IMG/VR virus record: IMGVR_UViG_3300029305_004678
Coordinates: 95,800 to 159,799 of that record
DNA length: 64,000 nucleotides
Strand: one strand, 5' to 3'
DNA from: a virus
Lineage: Duplodnaviria > Caudoviricetes
A program made the position numbers and the translations under genes. Position 1 is the stretch's first letter, and the number at the start of each line of letters is the position of its first letter. Below are positions 37,427-46,867 of the stretch, in pieces. The notes under the pieces were generated by a model that was not told the DNA's origin, did no database searches, and saw only the letters and a list, made by a program, of their open reading frames with translations.

Positions 37427-39199
37427 TTACTTTTCGTATACGTTGTGCATAGCAGTAGGAACAATAAACTGATTGCATGTACCCATTATGGTAATAATCT
37501 TAGATACGGTATCGAGAATAACGATATCAGACTTTATAGATGTCTTAACGTTATCTGTCCATACACATTCTCTAATATTATAGATTGTACCATAGCTCAT
37601 ATAATGAGAGCAGAGGTCTTCTATAGCTGTATCAGCATGAGGATAGACCCCGTTGCCAACTCCTGTACCAGAATACAAAATGTCAACAAGATTAGAATAT
37701 GCATTCTCGATTTCAAACAAGATCTTATCATGCAAGCTAAACGGCTTGGCATTTTCAAGGCACTTATTATCCTCTTCAGCAATATAACGAACATTATTTG
37801 CCATATTTCTAATAGCGATAGATGCAGACATGTTGGCTCCTAAGCCTACACCATTCTGTGCAGCAGAGCGAATATTCAAAACAGCATCTTCAACCAGATC
37901 ACGAACGGCATCACGATCAGCCTGAGTAATACCACCGACAAATAATTCTACCATGTTAGATTTCAGAGAATGAAGACGACGTTTTAATGTACCAACTTCA
38001 CGAATATCTCCGCCATCGGCAACATTAATAGAAATCTCGCTTTCTAAGAAGTTTACAAGATTATTATAAAGCTCGCTATAAGATCCGTCTTCATTATACA
38101 TCTTGCTAGGCCTAATAAATGTAGTCTTATCGGAGTAAGAGATAACCTTATCACAATGACCAGCCCAGTTAAAGATAGTATTAGGAGTGGGGGCTACTCC
38201 CTTTTCAACATCCTGCTTATAAATCTTAGCATCAATATATTTACGAATCATTTTAGATCCGCACATACGAGCAAGATCAACAAGCTGCTCAGGCTCATGA
38301 AGATTGACAATAAGACAAATGGGCAATTTATTATTAGTAGGCATTTGTTCCATAACAGATACCAAGCTATCAATTGTTGCACACAGATCCTGAGAGATAG
38401 TGGGAGCAAAGATGACAGTAGGAATCATGCTATCCCAATCCTGCTGATTAAACGGCATAATAATATTACGAGAGATAATAGAATCCAGATATACTGCCAT
38501 TTCCTGAGTATCTACAGGATGCTCGAAGAAATATACTTCAGGATTAGGAACCTCTACAGAATTATTCTTGGTATTGGTAATATAGCAGGAATTGGCAAAT
38601 CCACTATTAAGTGTCATACCATTATAACTCTTAATAACAAACTCTTCACCAGTGGAAGGTGTTACATCGATAAATACAGAATTGCCAAATTCATTATAAA
38701 TATCCTGCAGTGTTTTGGATACGAACTCATTACCATTAGTAGAAATCATAGCAATGTCGTATACATCTTTTAAAGTAAGATCTGTAGCAGATTCCTTGAT
38801 CTTATCAGATATCTCTTTAACAACTTCTTCAAAAGTTCTAGTAATCTTAGAAGGATTATAACCTTCCTTTTCAAGATTAATAACAGCTTCAAGAATAAGA
38901 GAAGACAGAATTACTGCAGATGTAGTACCATCACCAACTGTCTTAACAATATGGCGAGTAATAGATTCAATATCGTCTTTGATAGACTGCTCGATAATAC
39001 CATTATAATGTAAAGCACCAATAATAGTATGACCATCTTTTGTATATCTAGAAAGTGCATTTTCTTTCTTAATACATGCATTAGAGCCATTAGGGCCAAA
39101 AGAGTTTACCAAAATAGAAGACAACTCTCTAAGAGTTTTGCTCTGAATCTTTCTAATGGTATCTTTTGTAACCACGTTATTAGAAATCAGTGTAGACAT
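37427..39199 (-). CDS. groEL: phage GroEL-like chaperonin
   Basis: SFGPNG, YTKDG, VGDGTTSA, VGG...DLVEDAV, GVGLG. Confidence 0.92.
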   Translation of the reverse strand: MSTLISNNVVTKDTIRKIQSKTLRELSSILVNSFGPNGSNACIKKENALSRYTKDGHTIIGALHYNGIIEQSIKDDIESITRHIVKTVGDGTTSAVILSSLILEAVINLEKEGYNPSKITRTFEEVVKEISDKIKESATDLTLKDVYDIAMISTNGNEFVSKTLQDIYNEFGNSVFIDVTPSTGEEFVIKSYNGMTLNSGFANSCYITNTKNNSVEVPNPEVYFFEHPVDTQEMAVYLDSIISRNIIMPFNQQDWDSMIPTVIFAPTISQDLCATIDSLVSVMEQMPTNNKLPICLIVNLHEPEQLVDLARMCGSKMIRKYIDAKIYKQDVEKGVAPTPNTIFNWAGHCDKVISYSDKTTFIRPSKMYNEDGSYSELYNNLVNFLESEISINVADGGDIREVGTLKRRLHSLKSNMVELFVGGITQADRDAVRDLVEDAVLNIRSAAQNGVGLGANMSASIAIRNMANNVRYIAEEDNKCLENAKPFSLHDKILFEIENAYSNLVDILYSGTGVGNGVYPHADTAIEDLCSHYMSYGTIYNIRECVWTDNVKTSIKSDIVILDTVSKIITIMGTCNQFIVPTAMHNVYEK

Positions 39200-39220
39200 A
39201 TTGGTTGTTCTCCTTTCAAT

Positions 39221-39889
39221 TTATCCTTTAGGATCATTTATTTCTTCTGAGAATGCAGATATTATTTGAATATCATGTATATCTCCTAGACTAATAATTA
39301 GTTCAGGCTGTAGTTTGGTAATGTCATTTTCTATAAAATTCTCTCTAAAATTAAGGATAAGAACACTCTTGGGTTCATTGAGTTTATACATAAGAGCGAT
39401 TTTATAGTTACCACAAATTAATCTACCATACTTACTCATATCTATTTCATCTGGATTTCCAAATTCTATATAAGCATCTGGCAGAATTTCTTTTATAAAA
39501 TTCTTTTGAGCTTCATTACTACATCTAACTGCAGTTTTTATTATTCCATCTCCAGCCTTTTTATAAGCATTGATAAGTACGCACATTTGGGTTAGACAAG
39601 CATATTTCTTTTTTAAGATTTCATTTTCATATTCCTTGTAAATAGAACTAAGAGTCGTAACCCAATTTTCTTTCATTTCAGAGTTTACAATCATAGATGA
39701 AAATACATCTTCTACACCATAAACTCTATGAAATTTCATACTATCTAAGCTAGTATATAATAATTTATGCTTATCAAAATTATCTAAAGCAATATCTCTA
39801 AATTCATCTCTCATCCAATTAATAGCAGTTATTTCCGGATCAAGAATGGATGAGAAATCAAATAAGATAGAATTAAAACCTTTTGCCAT
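39221..39889 (-). CDS. hypothetical protein
   Basis: GAGGTG RBS before MAKGF; ILFDFSSILD start is weakly HAD-like. Confidence 0.7.
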   Translation of the reverse strand: MAKGFNSILFDFSSILDPEITAINWMRDEFRDIALDNFDKHKLLYTSLDSMKFHRVYGVEDVFSSMIVNSEMKENWVTTLSSIYKEYENEILKKKYACLTQMCVLINAYKKAGDGIIKTAVRCSNEAQKNFIKEILPDAYIEFGNPDEIDMSKYGRLICGNYKIALMYKLNEPKSVLILNFRENFIENDITKLQPELIISLGDIHDIQIISAFSEEINDPKG

Positions 39890-39955
39890 TATATTCACCT
39901 CGAATACAAAAAAGAAAGGTTGACCACATAAGCGATCAACCTTTCTATATATCAA

Positions 39956-40756
39956 TTACTCAATATCTTCAAGACTGGCAGTACCATAGGCAACACCAGA
40001 GGAATAACTGGAATTGTTGGATCCACCATTATTTCCATTGAAGTAAGAGTTATTATTGTAGCGGCGCTGACCGCCACTAGAACGGTTGGTCTCAACGCCA
40101 AGAGCTGCTGCAATAGAATCAATCTTATTCTCTGTGCGAGCTGCAGAGAACTTACGCTGATCCATGACAGTAAATGCTACAGCATTTGTAATAGCCTTAT
40201 AGTACTCTTCGAGAACAGTAATTACCTGCTCGATTTCAATTTTCTGATAATCTTCATAAACCTTAGTAAAGGATTCTCCGATATATCCACGAATGGAGAA
40301 GTGATAGTCACGCTTAAACTCATAAGCGAAACTTGCTGCAACTTCACCATTATCATTTACTTTACGAATAGTGAGTACATCAGCATTCTTTCCATATTCG
40401 GCGCCATTAGAAATACTAATAGCGGCCTGACCGGAAGGAACGCCAGCGCCATTATATGCAACAGGATTCTGCAGATACTTCTTCAATTCATCTGCAAGAA
40501 TACGAGCTTTAGTATGAGACAGATAAATAGTAATACCATTATCCATATCAAACTGAACTTCATCAGTTCCAGTATTCTTTCGAGGGAAGATTCCAATACA
40601 TAAATTGTTCTTCCAGAATCTGAATGTGAGGCAAGTAGGATCAATTGCAGATTCTGCATTATTCATACGATAAGCAGAATACACAGTGGGATCGAACACC
40701 TTAGACTGGTTTCCAGTGGTGTTGCTGGGGTTATTGTAGGTATTTCCGAGAGACAT
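39956..40756 (-). CDS. putative single-stranded DNA-binding protein
   Basis: Beta-rich core, G/N/S-rich linker, acidic C-terminus LEDIE; AACA-N6-TA at 40781-40792. Confidence 0.5.
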   Translation of the reverse strand: MSLGNTYNNPSNTTGNQSKVFDPTVYSAYRMNNAESAIDPTCLTFRFWKNNLCIGIFPRKNTGTDEVQFDMDNGITIYLSHTKARILADELKKYLQNPVAYNGAGVPSGQAAISISNGAEYGKNADVLTIRKVNDNGEVAASFAYEFKRDYHFSIRGYIGESFTKVYEDYQKIEIEQVITVLEEYYKAITNAVAFTVMDQRKFSAARTENKIDSIAAALGVETNRSSGGQRRYNNNSYFNGNNGGSNNSSYSSGVAYGTASLEDIE

Positions 40757-40813
40757 GGTTTTTTCCTCCTTTTATAATCTTATTCGATTGTTTGCTAGGC
40801 ATTTAAGACTTAT

Positions 40814-42301
40814 TTAGAGAGCATCAATTACATCATTTACGAGCAATTGCATACTATCATATCTTTTAAAAATACCACCATTGGCTACTACTCTTGCACC
40901 AACAGCATCAACAGATTTTGCAACTTTTGCACCAGTTGTTTCATCATTATAAATAAGAAGCATGGTTTTACCAGGTAATGTAATAGCAGATTCTACTGCT
41001 TCTACAAAGGAATAGGGACCAGATTGTTCAGGAGTAATGACAAACAAATTAATACGAGCTGTAGCTTTGACTTTGTCTTCCTTCAAACGACATTCATCAG
41101 TCCATTCCTCAACAACGGGATTGAAGAGTTCAATATCTTCTTCTCCAATATAGGAATTTTTCCAATATTTAATAAATCTCTGTCTCCATGTATCTTCTCC
41201 ACAAGTTCCTCCAAGGAAAATAGTATTAGATAACTTAGCCTTTTCCTGTTCTTTAGCTGTAGTGAAGATAAGATATTTAGTGGAGAATCCAGATGCGTGA
41301 ACATGACCTCCACCTCCGAATTTAGCAGCAAATGCACTACAATCAAAAGTGGAAGATTCATCAGAATATACAGAATAACTCCACATACCAGTCTTTCCAG
41401 AATAATGGAATAAGATACATGCGGGATATTCTTTAATCTTATGCTTAAATTCCCAAGAATTATCTCGACCATTTTTACAAAGGAATTTAACACCATCACG
41501 TTCCCATTCAAAGCAATCTCCTAACTCAGAAGAATATTTAGAATGAATATACTTATGAATATGACGGCCATTCTTAATCAAATCGCCCACACAATTAGGA
41601 TTACTATTAAGATTTTCATAGAAATTATTGAAAATTCTAGTATCCCTATTATCAGCATCAGGTTTGGTAAACCTTGTATCACAGGCATCAAAAGCCAATT
41701 TAAGAAGATCGCTATTAGTATTTAACTTTTTCCAGCAATCAAAATCATCCACATGGTATAACCAACGAGGAAGAGTAAATTCGTAGTCATACCATTTGTA
41801 TGCAGGATGACTTTCAGACTTGATATTGCGCTTGCTCATAATTAAGCAGATTGTGCCGTTCTTATATTCTGCTTCAATGTTATAAAACTCATCTTCAGAA
41901 GTGTTTCTGATATCCATTAGATCTTTCTGAGGGATATGTAAATATGCATATGCTAATGCAGCACCACATGCACAAGTAGAAACAAAATAGGTGAGGTTAG
42001 AAGTACGCTGAAGTTCTTCTTTATGCTTGGCGATAGTCTGAAGGGATGTAGCATGATGGTCAATCCAAGTAACACTTCTAGCAGTCTTACAAGTATTGAT
42101 TAATTTACTATAATCCCCTTCAGAAATGGAGACATCTACGATGAATACATCATCTTTTTCCGTATGTTTATCAAAATTATCCCCATAATTTGTAGGGATG
42201 TATCCATAAGGTGAATCCTCAATCATATCAGGCTTATTACGATGGATTACATAAGCTGCACTCTTTCCATCCATATCAGTATGATGATAACAACAAAGCA
42301 T
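40814..42301 (-). CDS. DHH/DHHA1 phosphoesterase fused to nucleoside 2-deoxyribosyltransferase-like domain
   Basis: HTDMDG, IVDVS, WIDHH, GGGGHVHASGF; C-terminal IFLGGTC..WR..FNPVVEEW..E..SFVE. Confidence 0.85.
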   Translation of the reverse strand: MLCCYHHTDMDGKSAAYVIHRNKPDMIEDSPYGYIPTNYGDNFDKHTEKDDVFIVDVSISEGDYSKLINTCKTARSVTWIDHHATSLQTIAKHKEELQRTSNLTYFVSTCACGAALAYAYLHIPQKDLMDIRNTSEDEFYNIEAEYKNGTICLIMSKRNIKSESHPAYKWYDYEFTLPRWLYHVDDFDCWKKLNTNSDLLKLAFDACDTRFTKPDADNRDTRIFNNFYENLNSNPNCVGDLIKNGRHIHKYIHSKYSSELGDCFEWERDGVKFLCKNGRDNSWEFKHKIKEYPACILFHYSGKTGMWSYSVYSDESSTFDCSAFAAKFGGGGHVHASGFSTKYLIFTTAKEQEKAKLSNTIFLGGTCGEDTWRQRFIKYWKNSYIGEEDIELFNPVVEEWTDECRLKEDKVKATARINLFVITPEQSGPYSFVEAVESAITLPGKTMLLIYNDETTGAKVAKSVDAVGARVVANGGIFKRYDSMQLLVNDVIDAL

Positions 42302-42427
42302 AATTAAATTCTCCTTTTAAATTTATTTTTATGATAATATTTTTATTATCTCAAATATAATATATTATTACTTTTAAAGTTATAGAAGGTATTAATTACA
42401 AAATTTAACTTACAAATAAGAGGTGAA

Positions 42428-42814
42428 ATGATTATGGATTCTATTATAAATTTTTATGATAATATGGATCTCAGATATCCTGAAATAGGAATAGCTATGC
42501 AACAAATAGATAGACTTAACCCTGGTGAGGTAAAATTTATAATCCCTGTATTAACTCCAAATATGGATAACTCTCGTTTAATTGAATCTAAGATTCATCA
42601 AAATAAAAGTAGTCTAATGAATAAGAATAAAAATATAGAAATAGAGACATTGAGCGTAAGTAATTATATTACTATTAAGATTCCGAGAGAGGTATGCTCT
42701 ATGTTCTATATTGCAGATGACGATAGGTTTATACCAAGTGGATCTAAATGGATAATAGTATTTGTCGGAGGAGATATTACCAAACCAAGAGTTATAGCAC
42801 CATATACAGAATAA
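42428..42814 (+). CDS. putative baseplate hub/spike-associated small protein
   Basis: IPSGSKWIIVFVGGDITKPRVI OB-like motif; late promoter 42407-42418. Confidence 0.5.
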   Translation: MIMDSIINFYDNMDLRYPEIGIAMQQIDRLNPGEVKFIIPVLTPNMDNSRLIESKIHQNKSSLMNKNKNIEIETLSVSNYITIKIPREVCSMFYIADDDRFIPSGSKWIIVFVGGDITKPRVIAPYTE

Positions 42815-42820
42815 AAATAA

Positions 42821-42853
42821 AAACAGCTAGAGATTGAATCTCTAGCTGTTTCT
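42821..42853. terminator. bidirectional terminator
   Basis: AAACAGCTAGAGA-TTGAA-TCTCTAGCTGTTT. Confidence 0.85.
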
Positions 42854-42933
42854 TTTTGATATTACATGCTAAGGAGAAAGATAATCCGAAAAACGAATTA
42901 AAGAAAGAGGTTTATGTAATATCATTGATATAG

Positions 42934-44106
42934 TTAATATCTATTTTCGACTATATCAGGATAGTTGACAAAGAGACCATAATTCTTATTCTTGTAGACA
43001 GTTGTAGAAGAGAGCTTATCACGAAGCTGAACGAATTTATCCATAGCCTGATCCCACTTAGCCTTTTCCACATCATCACAATCGGGAGAATTACGATATT
43101 CATCTATAATGGCAATATTGGTATTGATCTGACGCATAAGATAAAGAGCATCATTCTCATCCTCAACATTTCTAACCTGCATATTCAGTTCATAGTAAGA
43201 ACTATCGATAGTACGCAGATTATTAATGCGATGCTTTCTCATCTTTTCGCGCATCTTAATACGCACAGTTTCCATTGTACCAGATGCTTCTAAGATAGCA
43301 TCATCATCAATTCTGTTAATTCTACGAATCACATTATCAATTTCCATTTTCTCTAAACGAGATCCAGTCAATTGCTTGGCTCTGCCAAGAGTCTTCAAAG
43401 AACCAATTCTACGAATACGGATATTCTTATAAAGAGACAATGTCCAACCAAATGTAATGAATTTGCTTATCTCACAATTCTCATAGAGTTTGATATTATT
43501 CTTACTTATCTTAGAATATGCACTATAAAGCTCATCTCCATGATTATGCATAAAGCAGAATTCATCGCCTGTAATCTTAGAAGGATCGGATTCATAAAAT
43601 AGAGATGCACTCTTGGACAAATAATCCTTTAATCCATATGCTAAGATTTCCTTATAATGAATGGACTGTGTAACCTTAATATGCTCTTTATTAGAAGCAA
43701 GATATGCATGTAAAGCGTCTCTAGCATTCTCAATAGGCTCAGATGTTCCTATCAAATGGCTTACCTCATACATAATGATTGCCATAATCTCAGCAGCACT
43801 CAAGGCCATAATAGGATCAAGAAGCTTAGAATCAATCTCCATAAGATACTTAGTAATGCGCTGAGGTTCATCATCTACGAGATAATCATAAATATCATCA
43901 GCATCGATAACAGGAATGAGTTTGATGCCGAAGAACATTTTGTCTGTATTTGTGGTAAAGAGAACTTCTTTACAAGTAGAATCTTTAAAGAATTTGTTTA
44001 ATTCATTCTTTAACATAGCAAGATTCTCGCTGGTTGCTGTACCAGATGTGATCATATTTGTTAAAGCTTCAGTAAAACCACTGAAATCATAAAGGATCTT
44101 TTCCAT
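42934..44106 (-). CDS. putative head structural protein
   Basis: Follows the capsid gene; late promoter 44141-44152; ILEAS site. Confidence 0.6.
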   Translation of the reverse strand: MEKILYDFSGFTEALTNMITSGTATSENLAMLKNELNKFFKDSTCKEVLFTTNTDKMFFGIKLIPVIDADDIYDYLVDDEPQRITKYLMEIDSKLLDPIMALSAAEIMAIIMYEVSHLIGTSEPIENARDALHAYLASNKEHIKVTQSIHYKEILAYGLKDYLSKSASLFYESDPSKITGDEFCFMHNHGDELYSAYSKISKNNIKLYENCEISKFITFGWTLSLYKNIRIRRIGSLKTLGRAKQLTGSRLEKMEIDNVIRRINRIDDDAILEASGTMETVRIKMREKMRKHRINNLRTIDSSYYELNMQVRNVEDENDALYLMRQINTNIAIIDEYRNSPDCDDVEKAKWDQAMDKFVQLRDKLSSTTVYKNKNYGLFVNYPDIVENRY

Positions 44107-44167
44107 TATAAATATCCCTCCATTAAGAGTTTTAAAATCTTACTTAATAGTTGGAAGTATAAAAGAT

Positions 44168-44196
44168 TGAGGAGAGCTCCAAGTAGAGCTCTCCTC
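44168..44196 (-). terminator. terminator after major capsid gene
   Basis: GAGGAGAGCTC-loop-GAGCTCTCCTC. Confidence 0.8.
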
Positions 44197-44215
44197 GTTA
44201 TTTACACAGAAGGAA

Positions 44216-46003
44216 TTACTTCAGCAGATTAAAGTCACTCATGTACTGACCGCCGATGGGATCCTCATTGGGAGCGATCTCGGTCAGACCAGTGGGATGC
44301 TTAATCTGGATACGACCCTGAACAGGCTGATACTCGACGAACTTCCAGCGTTCGAACGCATGGATAGCGGGCAGAGCAGGATTGTTCATGTTACGGATCT
44401 CGTTGGAAACGTACATCTGATAGTCGTAGATGCGGTAAACAATACGGTTGGTATTGCGGGGGCACAGAACGATGATCAGATTGTTGTTACCACGCAGCTT
44501 ATCGGAAGAGATGAACTGATAGACGCGCTTGTCGGAAGTAACGACGGTCTTAACGAAGTCCAGCTCAACAGGACCGATATTGGAAGGAGTCTGGTAGGTG
44601 TACTCGGTAGGAGTAATCTTACGAACCAGCTCGGGAGCACCAAAGATGGTGACAGTCATGTTGGGATCATTCAGGACCTGGAACATGCCAGTGGTGACAG
44701 AATCCAGGAAGTCCATGAAGGTCTTATAACGCCACTCGACGTGGTCCAGAGCGTAGCCCTGACGAGGAGCGAAGTCGAAAGTGGTAGCGATCTTGTTAGA
44801 AGCAGGCATAGTCATGAAAGAGTTATCCAGATGCTTCTTGATCTCGCCATCCTTGTACTCACCCAGAACAGTCTTCATCAGGGACAGAATCTTGGACAGC
44901 TGGTTAACATTGTACAGTGCACCCAGATCCTTGACTTCCTCGGGAGAGACAGTGGTGTTAACAGGGATAGCAGAACCGATTTCAACGATATCGGTATTAA
45001 CCTTCCAGCGGACAGAGCAGGTCTTGACCATAGCGCTGGAGGTATCCAGACGGGCGCTCAGACGAACGGCAGAAACCAGACCAGTGGAAGCAGCCAGCAT
45101 AAACTTGTTGTTCCGCATGTAACCGGTAATAACGTCCTTCATAACGACAGTCTTGGTGGTATCAGCAGCATCGCGAGCAGTCAGCTGGACTTCTTCGACG
45201 ATAGCGCGATCGATCTCACCATAAGAGGGGGCAAACTTCAGGTTGACGGGCATCCAGAAGTCGTACTGACCTTCAGCATCAACAGGCAGGCCAGTTTCGG
45301 GGTTGATATCGCCAGCAGCCAGGGTCACGCCAGTAACCTTAACAGCGGAGATATAGGTATCGATGGACAGGTTGTCACCATCAGTACCACCACAAGCCAG
45401 CAGAACGTCGGTCTGGCCGTCGGTCTGGGGCAGGGTCAGCTCAAGAACATGATAGGGAGCGGTAGCGGCGATAGCATCGCGGATCCGATACTGTTCCTTG
45501 AACATATCGATCTCTTCACCCTCGGGAGTAACCAGAATGCGCTTCTCCATGGAGATGGTGAACTTGGGCTCACGTGCAACGAACTTGGGAATAGCACCCT
45601 TGTCGAAGACGTTGTTCATCATGATATTCTTGTGCAGGGGGAAGGTCATACCGATAACAGGGTTAGCGGCAGCCAGGTTGGTATGCTCGTTGATAGCGTC
45701 CAGATCGTTCTCGAACTGAGCTTCAGCCATCAGGCGAGCATCTTCGGCCAGTGCGGCAGCATGGCCAGGATCGGTCTTAGTGAACTCGTTCTGATCGAAG
45801 CAATTTTCGACATAGAAGTTCTTCAGAGCGTTACGGGTTGCGGGCAGCATAAGGGCCTTATGAGGCTCAATGAACAGGTCAACACCTTCGTGACGAATCT
45901 CATTGGCGCACTCACGGAAGCTCTCTGCATATGCATGAAGGGCATCATAACCATAATGATTACCCATCGATACAGTAGACTTGCGATTACCAACAATAGG
46001 CAT
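44216..46003 (-). CDS. major capsid protein precursor
   Basis: 595 aa; strongest codon bias in the window; late promoter 46083-46094; own terminator; position in the head module near protease and terminase. Confidence 0.8.
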   Translation of the reverse strand: MPIVGNRKSTVSMGNHYGYDALHAYAESFRECANEIRHEGVDLFIEPHKALMLPATRNALKNFYVENCFDQNEFTKTDPGHAAALAEDARLMAEAQFENDLDAINEHTNLAAANPVIGMTFPLHKNIMMNNVFDKGAIPKFVAREPKFTISMEKRILVTPEGEEIDMFKEQYRIRDAIAATAPYHVLELTLPQTDGQTDVLLACGGTDGDNLSIDTYISAVKVTGVTLAAGDINPETGLPVDAEGQYDFWMPVNLKFAPSYGEIDRAIVEEVQLTARDAADTTKTVVMKDVITGYMRNNKFMLAASTGLVSAVRLSARLDTSSAMVKTCSVRWKVNTDIVEIGSAIPVNTTVSPEEVKDLGALYNVNQLSKILSLMKTVLGEYKDGEIKKHLDNSFMTMPASNKIATTFDFAPRQGYALDHVEWRYKTFMDFLDSVTTGMFQVLNDPNMTVTIFGAPELVRKITPTEYTYQTPSNIGPVELDFVKTVVTSDKRVYQFISSDKLRGNNNLIIVLCPRNTNRIVYRIYDYQMYVSNEIRNMNNPALPAIHAFERWKFVEYQPVQGRIQIKHPTGLTEIAPNEDPIGGQYMSDFNLLK

Positions 46004-46121
46004 AATATTTATGCTCCTTTCTTACTAAGCTTAATAAAATATAGAGATTGTATCTGTAAATACGTCACAAGGGACAATATTTTACCATGATGTTATAATT
46101 CCTTGAATTGTAAGGACTAAA

Positions 46122-46778
46122 TTAATCCTCGTTTTTGTTAATTTCTTCAAGAATTTTACTTATTCCATTCAATGTAGCAAGGAATCTATTATAATTTATA
46201 TAATTCTCAGTATAAGATTTAGTTTTATATACAGACTGCATATAATCTGTAATCATTTTTCTTAATTTAGACAAATTATTAGATACATATTCAACAACAG
46301 GAACATCCTTTGCATCTAGAGCTATATTGTTTATTCTCTGTACAATTTCAGTTGTCATATCAAACATTGCTAAAAATTGAGATTTGAGCTCTTTATGCTT
46401 TATATCTAATTGCTCTGGTGTTAAATTTGAATAGATTTCCTCTTCTTTTTCTTTAATCTCATCAACCTTTTCCTCAGGTTGATTTTGATCAGAAGTTTGA
46501 GGATCTTGACCAGGATCAGGCTCGGTAGAGGGATCTTCAGCAGGATTTATATCCTGTAGAGTATCTCCACCATTCTGAGATTGTTCGCCCTGATCTTGCT
46601 GATTAGAATTCTGTTCTGGATTTTCAGCAGGTTGTTCCAATCCCTGTTGATCCTGCTGCTGTTGCTCAGGCTCTTGAGCAGGTTGCTGCTCCTGTACTTG
46701 AGGCTGCTGTGCGTTAGGATCTGGCTCGGTTTCAACTTCTCTGAAAATGCCAAATTTAGCTGCAAAGAATCCAGCCAT
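46122..46778 (-). CDS. Q/E/P-rich protein with helical C-terminus (possible scaffold)
   Basis: AGGAGG RBS before MAGFF; late promoter 46803-46814. Confidence 0.55.
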   Translation of the reverse strand: MAGFFAAKFGIFREVETEPDPNAQQPQVQEQQPAQEPEQQQQDQQGLEQPAENPEQNSNQQDQGEQSQNGGDTLQDINPAEDPSTEPDPGQDPQTSDQNQPEEKVDEIKEKEEEIYSNLTPEQLDIKHKELKSQFLAMFDMTTEIVQRINNIALDAKDVPVVEYVSNNLSKLRKMITDYMQSVYKTKSYTENYINYNRFLATLNGISKILEEINKNED

Positions 46779-46867
46779 AGGAATACCTCCTATCATTTTA
46801 ATTATTTGAATGTTGCACGATCAAAAAGAAAATGGGAGAGTTAGTCACTCTCCCATTATTTTATTTA

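Noticed and set aside
44297-46090. 597-aa plus-strand ORF antisense to the capsid gene
   Set aside because: Shadow ORF caused by codon bias of the capsid gene; no RBS, promoter or motifs
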